Shown here piece by piece: positions 18,674 through 30,692 of a stretch of DNA of 64,000 bases. A program made the translations under genes and the position numbers. The stretch is from positions 124,001 to 188,000 of the IMG/VR virus record IMGVR_UViG_3300031952_000001. The stretch is one strand, 5' to 3'. Position 1 is the stretch's first letter. The number at the start of each line of letters is the position of its first letter. The notes beneath the pieces are model-generated. The model saw only the letters and a program-made list of their open reading frames with translations, was not told where the DNA came from and ran no database searches.

Positions 18674-19428
18674 TTCTTCCTCATCTCTTCCAGACTTCCA
18701 GGGATGGAGTCGAGGACAGCACGAAGGCATCGACTCCGCTCTGCGTCTCTGCCGGCGCTGTAACCGATACGGTAGAACGCGAACCCGATCACCCAGGCAA
18801 CCACGACGCAGGCCATCCACCCCCACATCAGCTGCCGCCCTTCTTCAGTATCGAGGTCGAGGTCAGCTCACCCCGCGGGCCGGTAGGTAGAGACAAGGGC
18901 GGTGACAGATCCGGCAGAAACCCAAAAGCCTCGCTCATAGCTTCCCGGAAGGCTATGAGCCGAGCCTGGGGGTGCCCACAGAACCCCGCAGGAGTGCTCG
19001 CGTACTTGCACCACCGAGGGTACCCGGGTGTCACAGGGTCGTAGGTTACATAGAAGCTGCACACCCTGGCAGGGCCCTCCGGGCTCGTGCACCGCAGCGC
19101 TACTTCGCAGGCGACCGGCGTGCTCATAGACCCTCCTTCTCGACGTCGACACCGCCCTCGGCCAACGACATGCGGCTTCCGGCGATGTTCTTGGCGTGCC
19201 GGAGCCCCAAGCTGGAGAGTTCCAGTACCCACCGCCGGTAGTGCTCCAGGAAATCGATCTTCCGATACAGCTGATGGATCTCCTCTTTGAGCTTCATGTT
19301 CTGGGCGTCGAGGTGGTCCCTCTCGTCCAGGATGTCCTGGACCTTGTTCTCCAGCTCGTGCTTCGTCAGCTTCCGTACCGCGAGCGGTGGCTTCTTCTTC
19401 GGCATGTGTCCTCCTGCTACTGCTCTGG

Positions 19429-19458
19429 ACTATATAGTCATGCCTGTGGGAAAGTCAA
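19429..19458 (-). promoter_or_regulatory. class 2 promoter
   Basis: TTGACT-TTCCCACAGGCATGAC-TATATAGT. Confidence 0.7.
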
Positions 19459-19728
19459 GAGGCCAGAAGGGTTCCAGAACGTCGAGTGCCTTGAGGGTCG
19501 TCGAGACCAGGTTATGCTCGTGCATGTACCAGTCGATGTGTTGGTCAAGGAAGTTGTCGAGGTGCTCCTGCCGCTCCGCGAGCCAGACGTTCTTCTTGGT
19601 GATGAGCGCCACGAGGCTCCCGTACTTCCGTAGGTTGACCTCGATGGAGAACTCCAGGTTCTCGATGCTGGAGAGGCCTTCGCGATAGATGCTGTAGCAG
19701 GCCCCTTGCTCATTCACGAACCAGGTCT

Positions 19729-20334
19729 TCATGTTTCAGAGTCCTTACCGTACTGGTACGTGTTCGGATCAAGATAAATGGAAGGACGTGGTGGGGGGTC
19801 CTTGGAACCCTTCCACCGTGCATTGGCTGCCTTGCTGGAGATTTCGGAACGGCGCTCGGGGGTCAGAGACGCGGCCCTCGCAGGACCGCCCTTCCGACCG
19901 CCGAGCTGACCCATAGACACAGCTGCGGGGTTCTTCCCATGGTCCGGGGTCTTGTACTCGTATCTCTTCGGGTGCTTGCGCGGGGGCCGAAAGGGGCGCT
20001 CTCGTCGTTCGAGAATCCCGTGCTCCCACATCCAGCGGCACTGGGTGCAGAGGTTCGACTGCGAGAGGCTTCGCAGGTCTTCGGCCGAGTCGGAAATCTC
20101 TCGTATGGTTTTCCAAGTGGTACACACGGCCTTGATGGTGTCTGCTATCAGGCTGCTCGCGCGCCCTTCAGCCTTCAGGGGTGGGTTGGTCTGCTCGGAT
20201 GAGAACTCCAGGACACTGTTCAAAGCCTTTACCACGATTCGGAGACTCGCGAGCTGCTGTTCAAGGCTCTCTATTTCTAGGAGGGTCTCGTCTCTGTACC
20301 TACGGGTCTTTTCATCGAGGGTTTCCAACTTCAA
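19729..20334 (-). CDS. coiled-coil + winged-helix protein (paralog 3 of 3) fused to a basic KGG-type tail
   Basis: TRRYRDETL; VCTTWKTIREI...NLCTQCRWMWEHGILERR; tail KNPAAVSMGQLGGRKGGPARAASLTPERRSEISSKAANARW. Confidence 0.72.
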   Translation of the reverse strand: MKLETLDEKTRRYRDETLLEIESLEQQLASLRIVVKALNSVLEFSSEQTNPPLKAEGRASSLIADTIKAVCTTWKTIREISDSAEDLRSLSQSNLCTQCRWMWEHGILERRERPFRPPRKHPKRYEYKTPDHGKNPAAVSMGQLGGRKGGPARAASLTPERRSEISSKAANARWKGSKDPPPRPSIYLDPNTYQYGKDSET

Positions 20335-20876
20335 TTAGTCCTCCAGAGCTTCCTTGCAGTCCTCTTCGAGGAGGTCCCACATCCAGCCCCACCGGGGCCA
20401 GGTGCGCTTCTCGTAGAGCAGCTGCACCATCTTCTTCCTCGCCGCTCCGTAGTCCTCCGCGGAGACGTTGTCGATGTCGAACGGAAACTCGCTGAAGAGC
20501 GCCGTGATCGACTGGGCGGACTCGCTCGCCGTCTGGACGTGCGTGACCGTGCGGGTCTTCGGGTCGATGTACCCGACCAGGTAACAAGTGGTGTTCATGA
20601 TCTCCTCCTCACAGCGGCGCGTAGGACAGGTACCTGGCCGAGTGCCGGGAGGTCCTACCCGTGCTCAAGTTGCGGATGATGACTTCGTCGTTGTAGCCGA
20701 GACGGATCACCACGCCCGTCTGCCTGTAGCTCAAGGCGTTCCGAGTCGTCACCCAGGTCACCTCGGTGCCAACGGGGAAGGCCTTCTCGATCAGGTTATG
20801 AAGGCCTACCTCGGCGTTGTGTAATTTTATGTAGGCAGCCGCGACCTTCTGCGCCATATTCTTCATAGATGTCCTT

Positions 20877-21068
20877 TCAGATGAGCAGGACCTCTCGGGA
20901 GATCCCGTCCTTGTCGATCACCTTCAGCTGTCCGCTCTGGACACGGTCCATCAGGAGCAGCGCCCTGCGGACCACCTCGGCGCGCGAGGAGGCCGTCAGC
21001 CTGGACTTCAGGTCTTCCAGCAGCTCTAGACCCTCGTCGTCGAAGTCGAACTGGATGCGCGTCTTCAT
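20877..21068 (-). CDS. ribbon-helix-helix (CopG/Arc-like) transcription regulator
   Basis: TRIQFDFDDEGLELLEDLK...SRAEVVRRALLL strand-helix-helix pattern; apparently leaderless behind the promoter at 21073-21103. Confidence 0.7.
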   Translation of the reverse strand: MKTRIQFDFDDEGLELLEDLKSRLTASSRAEVVRRALLLMDRVQSGQLKVIDKDGISREVLLI

Positions 21069-21072
21069 TTGA

Positions 21073-21103
21073 TCTATATAGACACTGCTGAGGGGAAAGT
21101 CAA
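21073..21103 (-). promoter_or_regulatory. class 2 promoter
   Basis: TTGACT-TTCCCCTCAGCAGTGTC-TATATAGA, only a few nt from the ATG at 21068. Confidence 0.65.
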
Positions 21104-24100
21104 GAGGCTCTCAGCCCAGCTGCCTGCCGCACCACTCGACCATCTCGCCCAGCTCTTCCAGGGAGGTTTCGGTGTAGACGAACCCGCGATCAGCGAAGAC
21201 TCCGACGCGGACGCTGGGGGTCTCGGGGCCCTCGTTCCAGCCGAACTCGACGGAGAGCTTGCCGTTGTCGAACTTGATGTCCCGCAGCCGGTCCTTCAGG
21301 GTGGCGACCCGCTGTTCTTGTTCGCCTAGCTGCTCATGGAGCTGGTTGATGTCCGTCAGCAGCTCCTCAACCCTCCCTACGAGGAGTACGGCGGGCTCTT
21401 CCGGGAGGTATCCATCTCCGGGCGACACCGCCCGGACGTTGTCTAACTGCTCGACGGGCGTCTTCCGCGCCTTCTTCTCGACGGGCTTCTTCTTGGTCTT
21501 CTTTTTGGGCATGGTGTCCCTCCTCTCGGCTTCCGGCAGCATCTTGCCGGAGCAGTGGTAATTTACGGGTCCGTTGAACTGGCAGGGCTTCCCCGACCCG
21601 CACTTCTCCAAGCTGTACTGCTCGCAGTTCCTCCAGGCCATCAGTCGCTCACTTCTCGCAGATCGGGCGGTGCGAGCCTGGTCGCCTTGTCGAACAGGAC
21701 GTGCCTCAAGATCAGAGGCTCGACCTTGCTCCAGGGGATCGGCTTGTCCAGCTTGGGCCGGCCGCGGTGGATCTTCTCAGCCTCTTCCTTCGTGTAGCGG
21801 CCGGCCTTGTCGATGTCTGTGGTATAGCCCCTGTGATCGGGCCCCCACCAAACCGCGCAGTCCCCCACGATGGTCCCGACGTGCAGGATCAGGTACGACT
21901 CCTCAGTCATCGCAGCCCTCCTCCGCCACCAGGAACTCGTCCACGACGGTGAACCGGTTCATCATGATTTGCAGCTCGCCATCCTCGTCTTCCAGGACGA
22001 AGACGCCCCACTTCCCGAGGTCCTTGATCTTCATGATGTGGCCTCGGGTGTAGTAGCCCTTCTCCGTCCAGACACCCTCCGTCAGAGTGACCTTCATCCC
22101 GATCATTTTCTCGTTCGAGACAAACATCAGCCCTCCTAGTGGGTCTTCATGCCGGTGAGCTTCTCGCGTACCGCTTCGAATGCCTGCCTCGCGATCTCCT
22201 TCTGCCAGGGCGGACACCCTTCTGCGTTGATTAGGGTGTTCGCCATCAAAGACCAGGTTCTGAACATCTCCGTGTCCGGAATCGGCTCTCCCTTGTTCTG
22301 GCCGTCGTAGGAGATGATGGCGGTGTCCACTGCACCGTCATGCGCACTCTCGCCGTGGCGCAGGATGGAGACCAGCACGAACGCATCCGTTAGCCCGTGC
22401 GTCTCAGTGGTCACGTCTTCCTTGCGGAACTCACCATTCTCCAGAGTCAGCCCGTACTTGCAGTGGTAGATCTTGTTGCTCATGGAACCTTCACTTCTTT
22501 CGTTCTTGACAATTTCCCATCTTCAGGTATCTTCTTTTTCATACCAGCGGAGAGGTTTGAATCTCCGACAGCGCCTTCTGCGCGATGTCGACGGTGTCGC
22601 CCTCGACGACGCTCTTGCACGAGGCGATCTTCCTCAGCGCCACCTTGGCGGTGTTCAGCTTCTTGTAGATCGCGCTGAGTTCGTGGGACCACTCCAGCGC
22701 GAGAGCTTTCTGCTTCGAGGCAGCACTCGGCCGGCGGTTCAGGCTCGGCTTCTTCGGTTTGAGCACTTCGCTGACCTTCGGACCGAGAGACCCGAATCCG
22801 GTGTACCCGGGGTGGCACTTTGGAGGATGCTCACAGTGTTTACAGAACGCTTCGTACAGGAACGGATGCGAGTTTGGGCGGCTCTCGTAGTGGTCGCAAG
22901 GAGGCTTGCGCCGGTTCTCTTCCTTCCGTTTCTCCGGGTCCATATCGCACCAGCCGCAAATGGACGGTATCCCCGCCAAGCCGAGTTTTTTCTTGTCCCC
23001 CATCGTTACCTCGTCCACAGCTTGTCGATGATCCCGCGGAACTGCTCTTGCAGCTCCAGCGCGAGCCGCGTCCGAGCAGTCGCCTCCGCGAAGGGCTCCG
23101 AGATCTCCGGAATGACGTTGGCGACGTTTCTCAGCTGCCGGATCGCCCGCACCAGGTCGTCCACGTCATCGGTGCGCATGTCATGGTCCAGGATCACCGT
23201 CAGAGCGCAGACCCTGTCCGTCATGGCAGCCTCCCGTCCGTCTCCAAGCAGAGATCGTACGCGGTGCGTGCCTCTATGGGGTGGATCTTCATTGCCTTCA
23301 CCTTGTCTTGGCAGAGAGTGCTGGTCTCTCGGTAGGAGGCCTTGTCTTCAGAGCACTTCTGAAAGGACACGACCAGCATCAGTACAATTGCACCGATGAG
23401 GAGTACCCAGAGGAGCACATGGCCCAGGGCCTTCCACGGAAAAATTCCTACAGGGTCGAACCACATCAGGTCGCCTCCTTCTCCGGCTCGCTCAGCAGCG
23501 CTTCGAGCTGCTCCTTGGTCTCCCGGCACTCGAAGACCGTCTCGACGCCCTTGTCCGTCTCGCAGAACTTCACCAGGATGTAGATCTTCCCGTCCTCGAT
23601 GAGGTGGACCTTGTCGAAGTCGATCTTCGCCTGGTGCTCCACGAAGGGCCGCGGGGACTTCACGTACATGCCGTACCTTACGGTGCCCTGGCCGGTAACT
23701 GTCACTGTTCGAATGCGTGCCACTGCTACCTCCGGGTAATGGTCAACATCTTGAGCGTCCGCAAGCTGAGGTCCTTCGGGACGTGCCCTCGGGTCCAGGC
23801 GACGAGGGTCACCCTCCTGGTCGACTTGGGGGAGACCTCGATGGCCTTTGGCTGCGGCATCGGCTCGGCCCTGCGCGGAACGCTGGGCTTGTGGATGATG
23901 GTCGGGTAGCGCAGCTTGGGCCTTTTCAACCGGTAGGTGTACCGGACATATACAGGCCCACGGCGTCTCTTGGGGATGATGACCGTTCCCGACGAGGTGT
24001 CGTAGCACGAGTCGTACAGGGCTCCGCAGAACATGAGAGTTCCGACGCCTTGCGTTCCTCCGCCGTAAGGTACCATCTCAGTTCTTGTCCTTTCCCGGGA

Positions 24101-24371
24101 ACTCGATCAGCTTCCCTTCCGAGGGTTTCTCTTTGTGAGGGACCAGTTCACCGATGATGTTGCTGTCCTCCATGACCCGGCAGCGGATCACAGGGACGTC
24201 CTCCCCTTCGAGATCTATGTGCGAGATTGCGAACGCCACGCAGTTGGGCTGACAAGGCTTCCCTTGCCTCCAGCAGCCCAAGAAGGCGTTCAGCCGACCG
24301 TCGAGAAGGCCGAGACCAAGGCCGACATTCCCAGGGTCGGGGATCTTTTCGATGCTCAGCTTACGGAACAT

Positions 24372-24905
24372 CTACTTCCCCTCCAGGTTGATCTTCAGGC
24401 CCATCTTCTGCATCTCCAGGATCGCCTCGGCGTTGCCCTTGGCGTCGTCGACCGGGTGGTGCGTGTGCACGGTCTTCCGAAGGCGCTTCTTCCACTCGTG
24501 GTTCCTGCCGGCGTCCTTCACCAGCCCGCAGTACAGATCTCCGATCCTGCGGGCGGAGTGCCCGAACGGGTTCTTCCCGAGGAACTTGTGGAAGTAGTAG
24601 TTGATGAACGACCAGTCGAACGCCGGGTTGTCGGAGATGAACACCGGCTTGTTTGGAGAGACCCACACCACCCAGTTCAGGAATTCCAGCATCGTTCTCT
24701 TGGGCTCCTGGAACTTCAGGTGCATCTCTCTGGTGGTGCTGCTGACCGAGAGCGCTTCCGGGATCCACAGGTCCGAGATCGGAGCCGTCTGGCCGTAGAA
24801 GGTCCTGCTCAGCTCGGGCTCGACGACGACGGCACCGAAGCTCACCATCGAGTACAGACCAGGGCACGGCCCATCCGACTCAACATCCATCGAGATGAAG
24901 CTCAT
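24372..24905 (-). CDS. DEDDh-family 3'-5' exonuclease (Rv2179c/RNase AS-like)
   Basis: ExoI MDVESDG, ExoII SDNPAFDWSF, ExoIII HTHHPVDDA. Confidence 0.88.
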   Translation of the reverse strand: MSFISMDVESDGPCPGLYSMVSFGAVVVEPELSRTFYGQTAPISDLWIPEALSVSSTTREMHLKFQEPKRTMLEFLNWVVWVSPNKPVFISDNPAFDWSFINYYFHKFLGKNPFGHSARRIGDLYCGLVKDAGRNHEWKKRLRKTVHTHHPVDDAKGNAEAILEMQKMGLKINLEGK

Positions 24906-25789
24906 GTCCTCAGGTCCCTCCCGCAGTAGGGGCAGAAGCTGTAATTCCCCTTGGCGTGCATGTCACTGTGGAGGACCTCCTCCACGCAAGGGAAAGCCGC
25001 TTCTGCGCGTTCCTGCATCGCCGTTCGACCCAAGGCGAGCCACTCCCGCAGGCCGTCCACCAGCTCCTTGTCGTTCTCGACGACCTTGCCGTGGACTAGG
25101 ATGTCCCCGCACTCCTTGAGTTCCAAGATCGGCTCGGCGCTCTTGTCGGGGAAGTGAAAGGTGATGCTGCGACCCATTTCTCTCATGATGGCTTCACTTT
25201 CTTTTTCAAGGCCTCGATGCCGGCGTGGACGAGCTTCTCCAGAGCCTTCCACTCCTCCTTGCAGTAGTCTGCGGTGCCGACGGCCTTGGTCCACAGCCTG
25301 TGTAGGATCGCGTCTCCATAATCGTGGGGTTTGGGTCCGGCCCACTTGCACTCCGGGCACTCATCGAGCTTCTCCGGATCGAGATCCGCGAGGCGGATTC
25401 GGAACCCACACTTTCCGCAGACGTAGTGCCAAGGTCCTACCCGGAACCCACTGCCGAAGAAGTCCCGGTCGATGACATCCCGGATCATGCAGCTGACCCA
25501 CGGAGGCGGTGTCTGGCTCGGGTCAACCATGTGATACCTCGTCGTATGCGCAGTCGTTGCAGTAGTCGGTGCTGCCCATCCCGAGGCAGGCTCCGAAGAC
25601 GTGCCGGCAGCCAGGGCATTGAAACACGATCCCGCAGTTGCCGTCGCACCCTTCGTCGTGGCGTACCTTGAGACCGCTCGGAGCCCAGTCGAGGCAGTTG
25701 ACCTTCCCTGCGCAGCGCTCCAGCTGAGGGTCTTCCTGCATGCAGTGGGCGCGGTTGGCGCACCTTCCTGTACCGAACTTCTTCATGGC

Positions 25790-27070
25790 CTACCAGAGCA
25801 CCGAGAGGGTCGGCAGCGCGTTCGTGTAGGAGTTCTCCACGACGGCCTTCTCCTTGAAGTGCCGCAGCTCGACGAGGTACGAGAAGCGCTCCTCGAAGGG
25901 GCTGACGCGCTCGGTCTGGGACACGATCCGGGCCATGTCCTTGATCCAGCACCGTCCCGCCTCATGGACGACAGGGTAGACCTTTCCCTCGTTGCCGGGT
26001 TGATTGATCCCGCTGAGTGGGGTGATCAGTATCTTCTTGATCGGCAGATCCTTCTTGGTCTCGACCAGCTCCCACTTCTCGGGGTTCGGATCCGGGATCG
26101 AGACCTCTCTGCCGGAGGCGAGCACAATGGTCGCGCTCCAGGTCTCCTTGAGGGAGGACTTCGATATGTCCCGGTCCCACTCGACCACGTCGAAGGAGAA
26201 CTTGGGAAATATATTCATATTCATGCCCAGATTCTTGGTCATCTCCGCGGCTCGCTGTATTCGTATGTCGGCCAGCTTCCCCTCCATGTCGAGCCGGTAC
26301 TCCTCCCCCACCTCGTCCACCAGGGACTTGTACTCGGCCATGTGTTCTTTCGGGATGCGGAGGCCTCGGTCCAGGATGTCCTTCATCTCTCTCAGACGGA
26401 TCTTCATGGCCTCCCTCCGTGCTGCATCCCCGGGGATCTTAACCGTGAATTCGCTACCATCACCGAAGACTTCCTTCGACATGCCGTACGACTCGGCGAA
26501 CAGCGCGAGCTTCTCGGCCGTGGAACGCTTCTGCACCTCGGGGTTCGGCTTCTCGAACCCGTGAGCCACGGCCTCTTGCTTTTCGAAGTGATCTCGATCC
26601 ACCTGGAGAAGCTCCTTCTTCACCCCGAGAGCTGCAAACATGCGCCTTTCGGCATACGCGAGGTCCGCGTTGAAGTAGCCCTCCTTGAACAGGGATGCTG
26701 CGAGAGGGATCTTCTCGATTCTCTCCCGCGTGATGGGGGTGTTCGGGAGGATCGGCCCCGAAACCAGGTCTTCGAACTTCGTTCGAGGAACGTCCTTCAC
26801 CGAAAGATCCTTCTCCTTCGGTGTCAGATGGCTCAGCTCCAAGGACTTGGTGGTCTTCCTGTGTTTCAGAAGGAGGTCATCCTCCGCAAACCACCGGGCC
26901 ACTCCGGAGTACGCATCCATGTCGAGTACCACCCCCACGAGGTTCATGGGGTCGTCGGTGCACTGGATACGGGGGATTTTTACGATCCCCATGGCACCGT
27001 GATACTCCTTACCTTCCGCGTTGACCCGTACCGCGTCACCTTCTTGGAACTTCGACATCCTACTTCCCAC
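25790..27070 (-). CDS. hypothetical protein with N-terminal KOW/SH3-like segment
   Basis: FQEGDAVRVNAEGKEYHGAMGIV; long clean ORF. Confidence 0.65.
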   Translation of the reverse strand: MGSRMSKFQEGDAVRVNAEGKEYHGAMGIVKIPRIQCTDDPMNLVGVVLDMDAYSGVARWFAEDDLLLKHRKTTKSLELSHLTPKEKDLSVKDVPRTKFEDLVSGPILPNTPITRERIEKIPLAASLFKEGYFNADLAYAERRMFAALGVKKELLQVDRDHFEKQEAVAHGFEKPNPEVQKRSTAEKLALFAESYGMSKEVFGDGSEFTVKIPGDAARREAMKIRLREMKDILDRGLRIPKEHMAEYKSLVDEVGEEYRLDMEGKLADIRIQRAAEMTKNLGMNMNIFPKFSFDVVEWDRDISKSSLKETWSATIVLASGREVSIPDPNPEKWELVETKKDLPIKKILITPLSGINQPGNEGKVYPVVHEAGRCWIKDMARIVSQTERVSPFEERFSYLVELRHFKEKAVVENSYTNALPTLSVLW

Positions 27071-27225
27071 CTTTCAGCTTCTCGGCTTCCTGGTCGATCA
27101 GCTCTCGGGTCACGTTCGGGTTGTGGAGGCTCACGTTGCCGTGGGCGAAGCTGCGGCGCTGCTCCTCGCGCTCCTCGTCCGACATCTCGTACCCGTCGGC
27201 CCGCTTGAGGATCTTCCTCATCTTC

Positions 27226-27732
27226 TCATCCATTGCTGTCCCCCGGGTCCACCCCGAGCCAAGCCTTGCGAAGGTGCTTCTCCAGATCGGGGTTCAGTTC
27301 CTCCTCGGCCAGCTTGCAGGTCTCGCAGGGAATCGTCTGCCGGTGAGGGCAGTCGTCGCAGGCCCTCTTGATGATGTCGATCATCTGCTTCCCGAGCTTG
27401 TCGACGTTCTCGCAGATCGTTTTGGTCGCCTGGATGAAGGTCTTCGCTGCCTTCTCGGAGATGACGTCCTTGTTCATCTCGATGACCGCCTTCGCATCGG
27501 CCAGCTTCTCCTCCAGAGAAGCGATCTTCTCGGCCGCGGTCTTGACGTCGCCCTCGCAGTCGGAGAGGTCGAAGGCGGTCTCGTCGTAGAGCTGCTCGTG
27601 CTCGTCCTGCATGTTGCTCAGCTCCAAGCCGCTTAGATCACCAATCGGCGGGTCCCCGATGAACAGGGCTCCGCGGAGGGTACGGATCATGTTGAGCAGC
27701 TCTTCCCGGGTGATGTCCTTCGACTCACGCAT
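27226..27732 (-). CDS. coiled-coil hypothetical protein with CxxC...CxxC
   Basis: CDDC/CETC; packed operon. Confidence 0.6.
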   Translation of the reverse strand: MRESKDITREELLNMIRTLRGALFIGDPPIGDLSGLELSNMQDEHEQLYDETAFDLSDCEGDVKTAAEKIASLEEKLADAKAVIEMNKDVISEKAAKTFIQATKTICENVDKLGKQMIDIIKRACDDCPHRQTIPCETCKLAEEELNPDLEKHLRKAWLGVDPGDSNG

Positions 27733-28207
27733 TCGAGGCCTGACCTTCCTGCTGCTCCTCGGCGAGAACTTTGTCGTTGAGGCCTTCAGCCGCCCCATGG
27801 GCACTGTGTTCCTCCGCAAGAACTTTATCGAAAATGCCGATGACCCGGGGAGCCTGCTTCCGGGCATACTCCCGCTCGGCGGCATTCAGGCCTCTGTACA
27901 CCTCGAAGGCGGCCCTGAGGGACTTCTCCTCGGGTGTGAGGCTGTCCTTCTTCTTCTGGCGTTCGGAGTAGAAGTCCCGACGTTTCTGGAAGTAGGCCTT
28001 CTCCTGGCTCTCGAACTCCAGCATGGCTGCGAGTACCTTCTCTCCGACGGCCTTGGCGTTCTCGATGCTGTCGAAGGCCTGTCCCTCCTCCCAGGCACCC
28101 CCGGGGAGCCTCCAGGACAGCCAGAACTGCCCCTCGCGCTCCTGGATGCGAGCCTGGGCGTTGCCCTCACCGCACCGCAGGCAACCGTCTTTCCGCTTCC
28201 ACTTCAC
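27725..28207 (-). CDS. hypothetical protein
   Basis: First gene after the leftward promoter at 28239-28267. Confidence 0.65.
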   Translation of the reverse strand: MKWKRKDGCLRCGEGNAQARIQEREGQFWLSWRLPGGAWEEGQAFDSIENAKAVGEKVLAAMLEFESQEKAYFQKRRDFYSERQKKKDSLTPEEKSLRAAFEVYRGLNAAEREYARKQAPRVIGIFDKVLAEEHSAHGAAEGLNDKVLAEEQQEGQASNA

Positions 28208-28238
28208 TGGACCACCTTTCGCAATGCCGGACCTGGCA

Positions 28239-28322
28239 ACTATAAGTATGCCTGCTGCGGAAGTCAAGACCCTCTTTTGGAGATTTTCTGCCCTTGACTT
28301 CCTGATGGGGCATGATTATAGT
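28239..28322. promoter_or_regulatory. divergent class 2 promoter pair at the strand switch
   Basis: Minus strand TTGACT(28267-28262)-17-TATAGT(28244-28239); plus strand TTGACT(28294)-17-TATAGT(28317-28322). Confidence 0.82.
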
Positions 28323-29898
28323 TCCCTGGTGGGGAAGGCAGGTGTGTAGTGAGCAACAACTCGAAGACCAAGGAGCACAAGATGCCGGCAAACAAGGCGG
28401 GGAAGGGTTTGGTTCTGAAAGCCTATGACCCCAAGACGGGGTGGCTCGCACAGGGGATCACGACGGAGGACCTGTCAAAGGTTATGAGGGGCCTGCGCAA
28501 GGCCTTGACCGAAGCAGGGTTCGCCCCCGAGGAGACAAGTGAAATCCTGGTCTCTTGGTTCCAGGCGCAGAACTTCTTCGCTCTCCCCAAGTAGGATCGG
28601 GACATGTCGAAATCCACCCCCATGATGTTCTCGACGTTCGGGTCCATGCGTAGCCCGGACGCCTCTCATGAGGTGAGGGTTCTCGAAAAAGTCCTCTTCG
28701 GAGCCAAAGTGAGGATCATCATCGATCCGGGGATGCCGCCCGATGAGCTGCGGTTGACCTCTCCTGCGGATGACAGCGTACTTTCCGAAATCAATGACAT
28801 CAAGGTCCTGGAGGACGGCTCCGTCACCTACAAGGCCTCCTTGAAGATGCCTTTGAAGTACATCACCGTCGATCTCAGGGATCCGGAGGGAAAATGAGCG
28901 AGTGCGACCGACCGTTCACCTTGGAGGACTACCAACGCGACTGCGGGTACGGGCCCATCGATAAGATGGACTTCAAGGAGACCTACGAGTTCCTCGACTG
29001 GATGAAGGTCGACGCGGAGGGGTTCCTGCGTGACGACAACCAGTGGCAGGTGGTCGCTCTCCTCCGGCAGAGGGGCAGGGTGCCCTTCCTTTCGGAGATG
29101 CCGGATCGTGAAGAGTTCGCTCCGCAGGACCTACCGTTCATCCGGCCGGGAGTGAAGCTGACGCAGTACCGCGGCCGGACGCACATGCCTGGAGGCACGC
29201 GGATGAAGGGGTCGTTCTGGATCGTAGAGCTGGAGGAGGGACAAGGATGAGCAGGTACGAGAATAGCTGGACCACCGAGTCCGACGGCAACGAAGTTCGA
29301 TTCGGTCCGGTACGCATCGAGGTGAAAATCCGCAGGAAGCATGACCTCCGGGCAGGGAAGGACCTCGGGAACGTGGTCGACATCTGTATCGGTCTGACCT
29401 CGGCGGAGTCCTCGCACATCGATGTGCCTCTCCAGCCGCCCGGAGAGCCTCTGGACGAAGAGCGCGCCAAGGAAATCGAGACGGGGATCGCGTTCCTCTT
29501 GGAACCGGTCTGCGCCCGTTTCCTGGGTGAGCTGCGAGAGGCCCTCACTCTGGGGGCTCAGGTGTCGGCGGACAGGCTCCGCGAGCGCAAGGAGCACCCA
29601 TGAGGTGCTTCCTGATCGCCCTGGTGGTGTTCTGCTCTGGGTGCTTGGACCGGGCTAATTGTGACGACAACGCCCGGCAGCTCTATCCGGGTAGAAAGGT
29701 TGAAGTCCTTGAGGCGTCCTCTGAGCAGATCTACATCATCGACGGGAAGTACGCCGTTGGGTGTTCGGGAAGCGACTCTAGTGACTTCATCAGGATGAGC
29801 TGGAGGCCTTGGAAGGACTCTTGGTGCGATCACCATTGGTCGGGGCATGAGAACTACCAGAAGTGGTGTGTCCCCCCGAAAACCCCCGAAAAGGCCCC

Positions 29899-29928
29899 TT
29901 GACTTCTTGTTAAGGCTGACTATAGTAT
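29899..29928 (+). promoter_or_regulatory. class 2 promoter
   Basis: TTGACT-TCTTGTTAAGGCTGAC-TATAGTAT, followed by an AGGAGGTG RBS. Confidence 0.75.
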
Positions 29929-30692
29929 CCAGCTAGGAGGTGAAAGATGTTCGAGCAATCACTTTTCTGGGAATCCTTCGAGCGCTACTTTCTCGATAAG
30001 TGGGATCTCTACTTCTCGAAGCAGGCCGACGGGGTGCTGGTTCGGTTGTGGGTCCGTGCGTGGGACAGAACCTTCCGAATCACACATGACGACAAGGTCG
30101 TTTACGAAGGCATCTCTCAAACGACGGTCGAGAAGTATCTGTTAGGTGGTGTGCCGTGAGCGAGGAAGACCTTCAGCTCTGCTCGGAGTGCCACACGGCC
30201 AAGCTGGGTCTCTTCAAAGATCCGTATTCCGGAAGGTCTTGCTGCTCGCGCTGCTGGACACAACGGGCTCTCGACGCCGAGAGGGCGCTGCGTGAGCAGA
30301 AGAGGATCTACGTGGTCCTGTCCTTGACGAACACGCAGAACGGCATGGCTATCGGGCCGGTCAACCCGGGAGCCTTCTGGACCAAGGAAGAGGCAGCTCG
30401 CCAGGTCGAGAACCTCATGAAGATGGGGGAAGCGGCGTGGGCGGAGACCGTGGCTTTAGGTCACTTCGACTTGGAGGAGGAGCCCGAGTGAACGGAGTCC
30501 TCTTCACGCTTACTCCTCAACCGGACTGGACCGGCCAGGTGAGCTGTTCCTGCGGGAACCTGATCCCGCACCCGCCGAACCCGGAGAACGGAACTCGGAT
30601 CGGGTGCATAGTCTGCAACGCGGTCTACATGTACGCGATGGACAAGCAGTGGGTGCCCGTAAAAGACGACGAGGGCTGAAAGGAAGGTCTCG

